Shown piece after piece: positions 38,800-50,999 of a stretch of DNA of 64,000 bases. The position numbers and the translations under genes are program-made. Below the pieces are notes generated by a model, which saw nothing but the letters and a program-made list of their open reading frames with translations, was not told where the DNA came from and did not search any database. The stretch covers positions 3,596,001 through 3,660,000 of the forward strand of contig OX597822.1 of assembly GCA_951406725.2 (NCBI GenBank), given 5' to 3'. The stretch's first letter is position 1. Every line of letters begins with the position of its first letter. The stretch comes from Octopus vulgaris (lineage: Eukaryota).

Positions 38800-39780
38800 T
38801 ACAGATGCATTATTTCAGTTGATGTCTGTACATTGTGGATTCTTTGCTGGAGATGTTGATTCGACGGCGCATATCTGTGAAGCTAAATCTACCTCACAAG
38901 GAGGCAGACATTTTCTGTAGACATCGGATGCCATAATTTCTGTAAACCTTGTAAACCTTAATGTGACGTCTGTATATTATCTTTTTCCTGCCCTCAATTA
39001 CTGACGATGCGATAATTCTCTTAAAAGACGCTCCGCCTGAATGTGCCGAAGGATACAGAGTCACGTCACAGGTAGCTTAGGACCTCTTCTGCTAGAGAGA
39101 TGATACCGAGAATTGTGCTGGCTTTGATATCTGAATAGAGATTGTCTGATCAATTGTTTCTGTTGTACTGAACGCATGACAGGCCCATCCTTTTATGAAC
39201 CGGTATCAGCTGACCGTGATAATGGCATGTAGGTCTTCTAAAGCGTGAACAACCAGTGTACATTTATCAGCATACTGCAATTCTGATCCTAGTTTCGTGA
39301 TTAGCCTCAAATTTCGGTAATCGAAAACGTTCACCGTGAAGTGCAAATTTAAAGACGCGGTCACCTCCCTTTTCGTCGTTATGCATTTCAGTGGAGAAAT
39401 AAATACAAAGAAATTATAAAAGAGAATAGGTGCTAACACGCAAACTTGTCTGAATTCATTTTGCGCTGAAAGGTTCAAATTTGAGCCATCGTGTAACAGC
39501 TAGGATCATAACTCTGTGGAACTGATTTGGTCCATTCACGAACATCAGTGGGCAACTAACATTTGTGAAACCCCGATACACAGGTTACTTATTAAAATAG
39601 GCCAACAAAGATAACAAACAAATCTTCATTGTATTCCTTGTATTTCCTCCGAAGCTAACTTACAACAAAGATCATGTTCTGCCGATTTTCGGTCCCTGAG
39701 GATGACACGCTGTGACTCAGGTGTGTTGTTCCTTAATGTTAATTGAACCAATTTTCTAAGCAGAACTTTAAATCAACATA
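38800..39780 (-). pseudogene. RTE-clade LINE RT fossil
   Basis: RQVCVLAPILFYNFF..NVFDYRNLRLITK..ELQYADKCTLVVHALEDLH, equivalent to QGCVLAPTLF..ELQYADD. Confidence 0.8.
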
Positions 39781-40440
39781 ATCGCCCATACATTGTTAAA
39801 CATATATGTGTACAGCAATACGCGTTCACAGAGGCATACAGTGACATAGACTCTCTCAAATACATATGGTAATACACGTACATACACACACACGCATACA
39901 TATACACACGCACAAATACGCGCACGAACACACACAAGCACTCTAACACATCTATTAAAATATGCTCACGCATACAATAACGCACACTTATTAAGAATTT
40001 TTCACAAGTATTGAATAACTTACACGCATATACACATCCACACACACATCCACACACACACATGCACACTCTCTCTTTCTCTCTTACTCTCTCGCTCTCA
40101 CACACATAGACACACATTTTAACACAGACATATTTTAACACAGTCACATAGAGTAACACGCACACGCAAGCATCTCATTAAAACATAAGCTCCCACAGGC
40201 ACACATAGCATTCAACTCATTTGTATGTGGATACATTGAGATGTACACACATTTTTTAACACAATCACACATATACCGAAGCATTCACACACATTAACAC
40301 GCACATACATAAACGCATGCACACACACACGTACACACACACAAGCAATAGACACACATCAACAATCACATATACTGTAACACACATATGCACAAAGACA
40401 CGCTTATATATATGTATATATATATACACATATATATATG

Positions 40441-40483
<43 letters not shown>

Positions 40484-40560
40484 ATATATATATATATATA
40501 CATATATATATACGTATATATATATATATATATGTATATATTTATATATATATTTATATA

Positions 40561-40604
<44 letters not shown>

Positions 40605-41081
40605 CAATACACATACATCTGAACTCAGTCATATACACAGTGTCAATCATACAGTCATACATAAATTAACATACACGCAGTGACACATACATTAACACAG
40701 GAGTACATTTCAACTGTCACATACTCACGTATACATATATAGTAACACACACGCAATACAGACGCACGCACATACACACTGTAACCATACAAACGAACTT
40801 TAATTCCGTTAACACGTCGATTGACCTAATTCGAAGAAGGAAAAATGAAAAAAAAAAAAGAATAGCCATAAAAATAAATGAATAAATAAATATTAGTCGA
40901 CTAATTTTTCTGTCTGTCAATTAAATGCTGTGTTTTGGACAATGAAGAATGCTGAAAAGAGAAGACGCACATATGTGCAGAGATAATTTGATCGAATGAG
41001 ACTGACAGACAAACAGACAGACAGGCAGGCAGGCAAGAAGGCAAGCAAACAGGCAGACATAGAGGCATCCATACGTACATG

Positions 41082-41126
<45 letters not shown>

Positions 41127-41500
41127 GTACATATGGACAGACACACAGATAGGCGGATAGATGCTTTGAGACGAGAGTGTAATGTTTTCGTCAAAAATAA
41201 AACGAAAGAAATAAAAAAACATTCGGCAGGAATTTTTTTCGTGTCTCTTTTTGTGTACAAAATATTTTAATGAACTCTCTGTGTGTATGTGTATGTGTTT
41301 GTGTGAGCGTGTGTGCGCGCGTACGTGTGTGTATGTATGGTAGATGTCAGCTGATTAGCATGTTGTTGAAGTAGACAATGCGTGTGGCTTAGTCACTAAA
41401 CTACCGAGTTCAGACTTCTACGTTAGTAGTATCCGGTCCAAATCCACCGGATCTTCCGCTCTCGAATCCATTACAAACGTATGGATGTATTAAGCAAATC

Positions 41501-41941
41501 GAATCTTTTCGGTTTGAACGGCAGTTTTTTCTAGCGGTGTCATATGAAATTGTCACCCATAATTATGACCCTAGTATCGATCTATTGCATTTCAAACTGT
41601 TTTAAGGTTAGGGTTAGTTAGGGTGGTTAGGATTAGGGTTAGGGGTGGGGTAGGGTATCTTTTTTTCTTCACAAATGTAAATAAACCCAATCTGTTTCTT
41701 TAACGAGGGACATATTCATACGGCACAGAATGTTTTTTGTACCTCAATAGACGTCAGTGATTGGTTGAAATTGCAGAAATTGAAGAAAAAACCTACAAAT
41801 ATCTTACAAGCTATAGAATTTTTCCAATAAAGCTAAGAGAAAAAGATGTTTTATAAACACATTCTACCAGTATACGAAGTTTAAAATTGTTTAGTTACCT
41901 AGAAATTATGTTAAAAACTGCCGTTCAAACCGAAAAGATCC
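41501..41941 (-). mobile_element. Telomeric-repeat-bearing TIR MITE, copy 1 (opposite orientation, no TSD)
   Basis: TIR G(A)ATCTTTTCGGTTTGAACGGCAGTTTTT at both ends, with GGTTAGGGTTAG repeats at ~41606-41655. Reverse complement of copies 2 and 3. Confidence 0.9.
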
Positions 41942-42002
41942 AAGTTGTTTGTTAAAAAAAAATTTCTAACCATGAACGCTTTGGCCCTTCATAGAATATT
42001 TT

Positions 42003-42163
42003 TCTTTACTACCCACAAGGGGCTAAACACAGAGGGGACAAACAAGGAGAGACAAAGGGATTACGTTGACCCCAGTGCGTAACTGGTACTTAATTTATCG
42101 ATCCCGAGAGGATGAAAGGTAAAGTCGACCTCGGCGTGCTAACGTTTCTGTCAGCTCGCCGCC
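42003..42163 (-). mobile_element. SINE family C, internally deleted
   Basis: Tail, body and head remnant present. Degenerate TSD CCCTTCATAGAATATT / CCCTTTATTGAATATT. Confidence 0.85.
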
Positions 42164-42199
42164 TTCCCTTTATTGAATATTTATTATCGACATAATGTG

Positions 42200-42460
42200 A
42201 AGGCATGTAGCCTAGAGGCTAGGCTGTTGCACTTACGACTGTTTCCTCGACCGCGTGGCGTTGTTTTCTTGAGTAAAGCACTTCCTTCCACGTTGCCTTG
42301 CGATCACTTCGACACCTGATGTGTGGTACAGCGTACACCAGTTCAGACAACATCTTTTTGATGGAGGTGTGAACAAATGTGCAGCACAAATATTTCATCC
42401 CTATAAAGAGATCATTTGTGCAGATTGTTCAGCAAAAACTTTCGGAACCCTCCTTCTCGG
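42200..42460 (+). mobile_element. Decayed tRNA-derived SINE
   Basis: Head GGCATGTAGCCTAGAGGCTAGG..TTCTTGAGTAAAGCACTT. Confidence 0.5.
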
Positions 42461-42471
42461 ACTGCGTAAGG

Positions 42472-42851
42472 CGACTAACATCATTATCAACGACATTTGA
42501 GTGGTTTGGCTCACAATCATAATGCCGTGGGTTCAAATCCAGGTGTGGGTGGCGCGTTGTGTCTTTCACGTTTCTCAAGTCTACTCAACTCAATATGAGT
42601 ACAACTGGAGTGCTATGACAGCATTCTTTCCCTCCAACTATCACATCCCCGATGTGCCCCTAGAGAGAAAGTATACTATTCTAACACTCCACCGGTCACT
42701 CATATTGAGTTGAGTAGACTTGAGTAACATGAAGTGAAGTCCTTGCTAAAATACACAATGCAGCGCCCAGATCAGGATTTGAACCCACGGCATTATGATT
42801 GCGAGCCAAATCACTAGGCCACTCAGATGATGTCGATAATGATGGTAGTCG
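42472..42851. repeat. Inverted duplication of a SINE head plus flank
   Basis: Arms 42472-42600 and 42698-42851, including perfect blocks CAATCATAATGCCGTGGGTTCAAATCC and CTCAAGTCTACTCAACTCAATATGAGT. Confidence 0.85.
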
Positions 42852-42914
42852 GTGCATAAGCGGTACCATGTGACTTAGGATGTTTGCTTCAAACACTTTA
42901 GTCATGTACTAGAC

Positions 42915-43255
42915 CAGGGGTTCTCAACCATTTTCTATCCATGGACCCCTTTTATTCTGGTGCCCTCCCCATACACACACATACGATGTTTCAAAACTAG
43001 TTTTATATAAACTTCCTTCAAAATTCCTATGCTGTTTTTTACACATTAACATGTGTAGGTTGAACTATGTAAAAGTATAGAGAAAGATACCGAGCTGTTT
43101 CTTGGAGGACATATTAATACGTACATCTAAAGCAACATTTTTTCAAGGGTCCTTAAAGTACTATTGAGGATCCCTAATTTTTTTTTTGTTGCATGGAGCC
43201 CCAAAATCTTATATGGACCTTTAGGGGCCATATGGTTCCCAGTAGAGAATCACTG
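42915..43255. mobile_element. hAT/Charlie-like MITE
   Basis: TIR CAGGGGTTCTCAAC versus reverse complement CAGTGATTCTCTAC. 8-bp TSD TACTAGAC / TACCAGAC. Confidence 0.85.
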
Positions 43256-43600
43256 TACCAGACGAAGGGTTTAACTTTCATCTGATAAATGTGGGAGAAA
43301 CCAGAAAGAGGAGAAAATCGCGATAATGGCACAATGTTTGTCAGCCACTTAACGCATTGAGGTCATATGTTTAAGAAGTCGCCCTTACTTCTCTCACCGC
43401 TTCGGCACAATCGACAAAATAAATATTCGTGCACCAAATCGATTTAACCGAACCCCTATTCTTTCATGCAACATGTTATTTTTACAGTCTTGATAAAGGA
43501 ACCAAACGGTTGCTGGATAAAACATGATAAAACGCTGAACGTTTTATTGGCTTATAAAATTCGAAGAGTATTTGTCTGCGTCGATATGTTTAGTTCCCTG

Positions 43601-43816
43601 AAGGCAGTGAGCTTGCAGAGTCGTTAGCAAGCTGGACGAAATGCTTTGCGGTACTTCGTCCGTCGATACGTTCTGAGTTCAAATTTCACTGAAGTCGACT
43701 TTGCCTTTCATCCTTTTGGGGTCGACAAATTAAGTACCAGTTACGCACTGGTTCGATTTAATCCATTAGTCCCCTCCCCGCAAAATTCCAGGCCTTATGC
43801 CTATAGTAGAAAGGAT
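43601..43816 (+). mobile_element. SINE family C with an alternative tail
   Basis: Head AGGCAGTGAGCTTGCAGAGTCGTTAGC, body GCCTTTCATCCTTTTGGGGTCGA, tail CCCCTCCCC..AAATTCCAGGCCTTATGCC..GTAGAAAGGAT. Confidence 0.85.
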
Positions 43817-44594
43817 ATGTTTGGCTAGAGAAAAAGCTATAACGTTTTAGCCCAAAGTATTCCGACCAAATTTATTGATAACAAATAATATTTGGATTCT
43901 ATAACAATTGTAGTAACTCATTAGTTTTCTGTAAAAAAATATAGAGTGCAAAGAGCACAATTTAGTGTTTTACAAACACATATTTCAGATGAATGACAAT
44001 TCCTTCGCTAGCGTGAAGTGCTGATTAATTTATGACTCCAACATAGCAGTTAATTAACAGGAGAAAACTCAGTCCGTTTGATCGATGAGGGTGAGAGATA
44101 TGAATCTAAATAAGATCATCAGGAATCAAAATTATACTTTGTTGACACAGGATAATAAGAGGACATTTTAACGATGGTATGCTTCAGAGATGCCATCCGT
44201 ATTAAAAATTATAGACAAGTTAGTGTTACATATGTATATTTATAGGAGTGAGTATTAAAAACTTAATTAGAAATATATTATTACTTTTATTATTTTTTTG
44301 CAATTTACTTAATCATTGAAATTTTATTGTTATTTTAATTTTAATATTTCTATTATATGTAATTTTCTGGATGGTGTAATTTAATTGTTCATTTTGAATT
44401 AATAAATGGTGGGGTTTTTTTTCAAATTTTTTATATATATATTATATTGGATAAATTTGATTTAGTATTCCTAAATTGAATTTTTTTTCCCTGTAAGTTT
44501 GGATTTATATTCCCTCAAATAATAATTAGAAATATATATATGTATATATATTTATATTCCCTCAAATAATAATTAGAAATATATATATATATAT

Positions 44595-44632
<38 letters not shown>

Positions 44633-44881
44633 GGGGGATAATAACAATATTAGTCAACAGAGAGTAATGTAACCTCCTTGTATTAAATCAAAATGTTCAA
44701 TGTAATGTATTTATCGAGCTATTCAGTGATAACGAGGATGTTGAAAGCTAACAAGAATATCCAGAATTAACAAATACGTTTAACGTTAACGAAATCTTCA
44801 CGGGTATAAAATATTCAGGGAATATTTACAAATGCAGTATTTTTATTCTCTTTCTAGAAAGTGCACGTGTTAAAAGACTTT

Positions 44882-44916
44882 ACTGACATGTTTCGGTTTT
44901 ACTGGGCTTCGTCAGT
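44882..44916 (-). ncRNA. Minimal hammerhead-like motif with a canonical core
   Basis: Minus strand ACTGACGAAGCCCAGTAAAACCGAAACATGTCAGT: CTGACGA, GAAA, palindromic ACATGT, GUC. Stems I and II are weak. Confidence 0.4.
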
Positions 44917-45084
44917 GAAACAGTGTTAACCTCTGATTAATCAACTATATTTAATATTCTTCGAATCGTTGACTTTCATACTTTGGACAATTATCGGGCA
45001 GCAGCCACTTTGGAGCTTCGCCTTTAACTAATGTTATGCCTGATATTTCTACCGTCAGTAACATTGGTGAACAGCTAAGTTACA

Positions 45085-45280
45085 GGGACGTAAACAAGCC
45101 AGTATCGGTTGTCGAAAGCTGAATTAGAAACATGTATTCGTACGAGGTTTCCGTTTAGTAAATTTCCTGACAGTGTGTTGCTTAGCCCGGAGCTATAGTC
45201 GAAAAGATATTCCAAAGTTACCGCATAGTGAAATTGAACCCGAACCTACGTACCTGTAGCGTAAAATTCTGAAACGTACG
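45085..45280 (-). mobile_element. Highly decayed SINE family A
   Basis: GGGACGTAAACAAGCCAGTATCGGTTGTC..GCTATAGTCGAA..TGAACCCGAACC. Confidence 0.6.
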
Positions 45281-45313
45281 GAAATGATGAAAGTTATATT
45301 GAAAAGTACAAAG

Positions 45314-45755
45314 GGATCTTTTCGGTTTGAACGGCAGTTTTTAATATAAGTTCTACGTAACTAAAAAATTTTAAACTTCGTATACTGGTAGAATGTGTTT
45401 ATAAAACATATTTTTGTCTTGGCTTTATTGAGAAAATTCTATAGTTTGTAAGATATTTGTTGTTGTTTTTTCTTCAATTTCTGCAATTTCAACCAATCAG
45501 TGATGTCTATTGAATTAAAAAGCATTCTGTGCCGTATGAATATGTCCCTTGTTTAAGAAACAGATTGGTTTTATTTACATTTGTGAAGAAAAAAGATACC
45601 CTTCCCCCGCACCTAACCCTAAACCTAACCCTAACTAACCCTAAACCTAAAATAGATTGAAATGCAATAGATCGATTATAGGGTCATAATTTCTAGGGTG
45701 ACAATTTCATATGACACCGCTAGAAGAAAAACTGCCGTTCAAACCGAAAAGATCC
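45314..45755 (+). mobile_element. Telomeric-repeat-bearing TIR MITE, copy 2
   Basis: 29-bp TIRs GGATCTTTTCGGTTTGAACGGCAGTTTTT. Perfect 8-bp TSD GTACAAAG (45306-45313, 45756-45763). CCCTAA repeats at ~45612-45650. Confidence 0.93.
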
Positions 45756-47199
45756 GTACAAAGATTTCGTGGCTTGTATTGTTTTGCATCAGTATGAAAA
45801 TACAATGTAGTAAAGGGAACTAGCTGAATTAGGCCCAAAACTACAAATTTAATTAAATAACTTAACGCATAGTTTACTGAATGACATCCACAACTGTTTC
45901 GTTATTTTTAGTTTTTTTTTTACTAAACTGAAAATTTCTGCCTTGCTTCGAGAAACAAAACCTGCTGGTATATTGCTAGAGAACCTCCAGCAACATGTTC
46001 ATAATTGAAGTCACATTCCTTTATAACAAATATCAAATTTTCTCTCTAAACGCATAAGTTATTCTTACAAAGAACTTTATTTTTTTTAATCAGCATCTTT
46101 TCTTTAAGAGTCGCTAAAAAACTGCACAGAGTTTTTTGGGTTTTTTTCTAATTCTTTCGTACTAATTACGAACGAAATTTTCAAATAATTACGAATCTTT
46201 TGTGCATATCATTCACTACTTCTTCCCTTACGTCAATTCAGTAAGTTCACGCCATTAGCCAATTTGAGTTATTTCCCATAGCTCATGTTATTACAACAAT
46301 TTGTTTCTTATTAAACTTAATAAGTATGTAGGTTGTGTATATAAGTATACTCATTTTATTCGTATGCGTATACACGTGTATACATGTGTGTGTGTGAGAG
46401 AGAGCACTTATATATGTTCTCATGAATGAATATATGTATATGTGTATAACTGCCTGCATGTATGGCTGCTTGCATGGGTACTTATGTGCAAACACGTACC
46501 CCTATTTCATTTCGGGTGTAAATATCTGTATATATATTTACAGTACACATATCTACGGAAGCAAATGCTTTCTTCCTCCGCCCCTATGTATCCACACGTA
46601 TGTGTGAGCGTATATATTTTATATATATAAACACACAAACACACATATATACTTGTGTATATATACAGATACACATGTGCATATGCGCGTGTCTGTGTGT
46701 GTGAGAGAATGAGAAAGAGAGAGAGAGTGTGTGTGTGTGTGTTGTGTGTGTGTGTGTGTTTGTGTTTGTGTGTGTGAATGTGCGCGCGCGTGGCTGATTG
46801 TGTGCACATGCGTTGTAACTTATCTTCGCGCAGATAAAATTACGCAACAGGATCTTAGCTGTAAGACTAAGCAGTCAGTTTAACAAACCAAACACACGTT
46901 CACTCTCACATAGAAACGGATCCCATTTTTATACTTACTAAATAGTCGTTCTTTCGAGAGGAACCAAGCCCTAACCATAATCGTTGATAAGAGACGAGAG
47001 ATAGGATTACATGTAGATTCATCATTTGAGCCGATTTGATAAGATGTCGGAAGTGTATGGCATATTTGTACCATTGAAGAAAACTAAGATATAATGAGAG
47101 CACATGATACCGAGGAAACAAATCTACTACATCACTCTGCTATACATGGAATCACGTGACCACTTTTTCATGCCGTCATAAATTTTTATACATGATACT

Positions 47200-47550
47200 A
47201 TGCATCCATTCATCCATTCCTCCGTCTTGATTCCTGGAAGGGTCGTGGCAGTAGAACCCTCAGGTACCACATTCATAGGGTCCTATCAGGAACAACTGCC
47301 ATAAGACTTTCCCGCTGGATTCCCAAATGTGACCAGCTGAGTCGACGGATGTTGTCCAGCCATCTTGTTCTCGGTCTCCCCCCATTGACTTCTGTCGGCT
47401 GGATCGGTTTGAAGAGTTTGTCTTGCGATTCTTACCTACGACATCATAATCACATACCCGTAGTTCCGAAGGTGCGACTATCTCCATGCAGAGAAGTAGC
47501 GACTCGATGTGGAAAGATTTCCTTATCTTAGATGCGAAATGTCATGGCAT
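47200..47550 (-). mobile_element. RTE-like LINE 3' end
   Basis: Minus-strand GRPRTRWLDNI..GIQRES..VPDR with a short ATGG-like tail. Confidence 0.65.
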
Positions 47551-48099
47551 CTGTAGATTTTATTTATTTTTCTTAGCGAACACACATTTAGAAAAGAAAA
47601 AAACCCAAGGTGGTACTCGTATGGTTAATCTTGTTTTTCAGGGATAAAATTTATTTCAGTTATAAACATCAGATTACCTCACTAAAAATGTAATATGCAA
47701 GCTAGAATACGTTGGAAATAGGAAAAAAGTAACCTTGTGGTTCGCTCTCGAGGTTTTTACCACCCAAGAAAATGTAATCCACTTGGTTGGATGCTGCGAC
47801 ATTAGTGAATCCACGTATGACACAAACACACTACTACTTGACAACTACCACGCTAAAACCATTACCCATTATTTCACTACACTTCTAGGAGAACCACACT
47901 GCAACACAAGAACCACTCATACCCGAACACGCTGCAGAACATTAAGCACTGTGCTCAAATACGCTACAACAGAAATCAATACGCAGTACCTCAAACAACA
48001 ACCACAACACACTAACACACTACAACGCTCAACCTATGCATACAGACACACCACAACACGACAACCTACTCACTAACGCACACACCAACATATTTCTTT

Positions 48100-48460
48100 A
48101 GCGACCGCGGTCGAAATCCCTGACAAAATCTGTCCACAATTCAAGTTTTCTATTGATCGTGACAACTGCTACTTACCGAAATTTGTATCGCCTGAGAATT
48201 ACTCGATGAATATTGTAGCGGTTCTTTCTCTACCTCGTTGTACGTGAGTTGGACACCATAATAATAACATGAGTTTAACTTCCTGTTCACTTCCCCAGTA
48301 ATCTCCTGAAAATCGTAACAGTGGTTGGGCAATTGTTGTTGTTACACAAGTTTTCGTATAAACTTTTATTTGTAATACGTTGACACAAGTTTATGTTTTA
48401 TACAATCCTAAGCATTTTAATGTACGCACCATTTAATTTATTTTCGAGTGCTTGTATCGG
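48100..48460 (-). pseudogene. RTE-like LINE C-terminal fossil
   Basis: LENKLNGAYIKMLRIV..ITNKSLYENL..FSGDYWGSEQE..LLLWCPTHVQRGR..TIFIE, equivalent to LDGxYTRMLR..FAGHCWRS..LLWxPxHG..GRP. Confidence 0.7.
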
Positions 48461-48470
48461 GGCCCATATA

Positions 48471-48705
48471 CTTATTTCTTTACTACCCACAAGGGGCTAA
48501 ACACAGAGAGGACAAACAAGGACAGACAAAGGGATTAAGTCGATTACATCGACCCCAGTGCGTAACTGGTACTTAATTTATCGACCCCGAAAGGATGAAA
48601 GGCAAAGTCGACCTCGGCGGAATTTGAACTCAGAACGTAACGACAGACGAAATACGGCTACGCATTTCGCCCGTTGTGCTAACGTTTCTGCCAGCTCGCC
48701 GCCTT
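48471..48705 (-). mobile_element. SINE family C, full length
   Basis: Complete head GGCGGCGAGCTGGCAGAAACGTTAG, B box GAGTTCAAATTCC, central domain, and tail CCCTTGTGGGTAGTAAAGAAATAAG. Confidence 0.92.
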
Positions 48706-49459
48706 ATACCTAATACAACAACACTGAATTCACATTAATGCATTGACGCCCCACAATATGGCAAACACTGCACCCAAACATACCAAAGCGCAACGAACTA
48801 TACACACTCGTATAATACAACCAATAAGGCACAATCCACTACACATACCAGAACCACTAACACTGCCCAAGCACTAACAAGTGATAAGCGCTAATTCACT
48901 TCAACCTCTAACACACAAACATAATCCAACCACTGACACACGAACGCACTTTAACTCTTCTATCGTCTTTGCACTATAACATACTAGTAACACTACCGCC
49001 ATATTTTAACCGCTATCTACACCCTGAAACACACTATGTTCCGACTACTACAACCTATATCACTTTACAACCACACGTACACTACAACCTTTACCGCACT
49101 GCACAGAATGACATACGACTACTACAAACGTACCACGCTCTGACCACCAAAACTGTCCATTCTTCGACTCTAAATAGTTTCTGAACCATCGAAACAAAAC
49201 TTGTAAAACCCCTTGTCTGAGCCCTCTCTCCTTATGAAACTGTCTTATTTCTTCTATGTATTGTAATCGCAATTTATCCCAAAGTCTATAAAACGTGCAG
49301 GATACTACGTATGGTCCCTTGTCCCATTAGAAAGAGTTGCCAAATATCACTAAAACCACATTCAGCAGTCTTAAATAATGACTGAACTCTGGATACAGAA
49401 ATTAATCATTATTTTTTTTTAGTTTTGGCTCAAACTCAGCAATTTTAATTCGAGGGGAA

Positions 49460-49720
49460 AAATCAATGTCATCGATTTCAGTACTTTATTTTCTCGACCC
49501 CGCCGAAAGTATGAAAGAGATCATCGACCTTGACAGAACTTCTTTAGAAGAACCACACTGCAACACAAGAACCGCTCATACTCAAAACATTAAGCACTGT
49601 GCTCAAATACACTACAACAGAAATCAATACGCAGTAGTGCAACACAACAACCACAACACACTACAACACTCAACCTATGCACACAGACACATGTTAACGA
49701 TTCTGCCATTTCGATGCCTT
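49460..49720 (-). mobile_element. Decayed SINE family C whose middle is replaced by a local duplication
   Basis: Body remnant 49465-49540 and head remnant TGTTAACGATTCTGCCA at 49692-49708. The insert 49538-49691 is a copy of 47881-48050. Confidence 0.65.
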
Positions 49721-49966
49721 AAGACAAGCAAAAGATCAAAAAACGAGTAAAAGAAAAAAAAACAAGAGCCCTCCGAGAGTGAAAACCTCTGCCAAGGCAA
49801 CACCAACGTCCTCTCAACGATTAGCCGGAGATTACTTTAAAAATGGGAATATCTGAAATAAACTCGGCTGCTCTCACAAATGAAAATGCTAAAAATGAAC
49901 CCGACTGCTCTCAAAACATTAAGTAAAAAAACATGAAAGATAATCCAGAATCCTTGTCCAGTACCT

Positions 49967-50196
49967 ATTTCTTTATTACTCACAAGGGGCTAAACATAGA
50001 GGGGATAAACAAGGACAGACATAGGTATTAAGTCGATTACATCGACCCCAGTGCGTAACTGGTACTTAATTTATCGACCCCGAAAGGATGAAAGGCAAAG
50101 TCGACCTCGGCGGAATTTGAACTCAGAACGTAGCGGCAGACGAAATACCGCTCAGCATTTCGTCCGGCGCGCTAACGTTTCTGCCAGCTCGCCGCC
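49967..50196 (-). mobile_element. SINE family C, full length and young
   Basis: Perfect 15-bp direct repeat CCTTGTCCAGTACCT at 49952-49966 and 50195-50209. Confidence 0.93.
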
Positions 50197-50614
50197 TTGT
50201 CCAGTACCTGATAGATCCAAATGTTAGTCATGGAATGTGAAGTTGAGTGTGCAGGCCGTGTTTGTAATGCTGTGTGTGTACCGTCTGCAGTGGGAACTGG
50301 GATAATATTCTCTATGAAGACTTTTTTTTAGTCTAAGATCATAATACTTCGTAAAGTAAAGTAAACAAATAATCCAGAATCCCTGTCCGGTACCGAATTA
50401 ATGACAAAATCATGTAAGTTCGTGCCAGTCACGAGGCCAAATATCCTTGAAAGTTTCATCCGATTCCATCCTGTGGTTCTTGAGAAATTTTGTCCACGGA
50501 AAAACAAACACGACTGAGAACAATGCCTACACCTTCGCTAAGGCAGAGGTAATAAACAGTATTAAATAAGATCAATTACGAGAACAAAAATACTAATTTG
50601 TGGTCACATCTTTC

Positions 50615-50830
50615 ATTTATTATTTGTTTCAGTCATAAGACATCGGCCATCCTGGGGTACTGCCTTCATTAATCGACTAATCGATTCACGACTGTCCTTT
50701 CTTTTTTTCTAAAGACTGGTACTTATTCTATCGGTTCTTTTCTCCGAACCTCTAAGGTACACGAACGCTATCACACTAACATCCGTCGTCAAGCGGCGGT
50801 GAGGCACAGACACATACACAGAGGCACACA
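50615..50830 (-). mobile_element. Decayed SINE family A 3' part
   Basis: TTGTTTCAGTCAT..GGCCATCCTGG..TACTTATTCTATCGGT. Confidence 0.7.
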
Positions 50831-50966
50831 TACAGGTGCGTGCGAGCACAAACACACACACACACATACACACAGAGGCACCCACAAGAACGCATACACA
50901 CACAGACACACACACAGGCACACACAAGAACGCATACACACACAGAATAAAGAAATAACAAGAACG

Positions 50967-50999
<33 letters not shown>

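Noticed and set aside
44503-44590. Tandem ~38-bp duplication; also a ~19-bp duplication at ~53587-53625
   Set aside because: Ordinary slippage duplications inside repeats.
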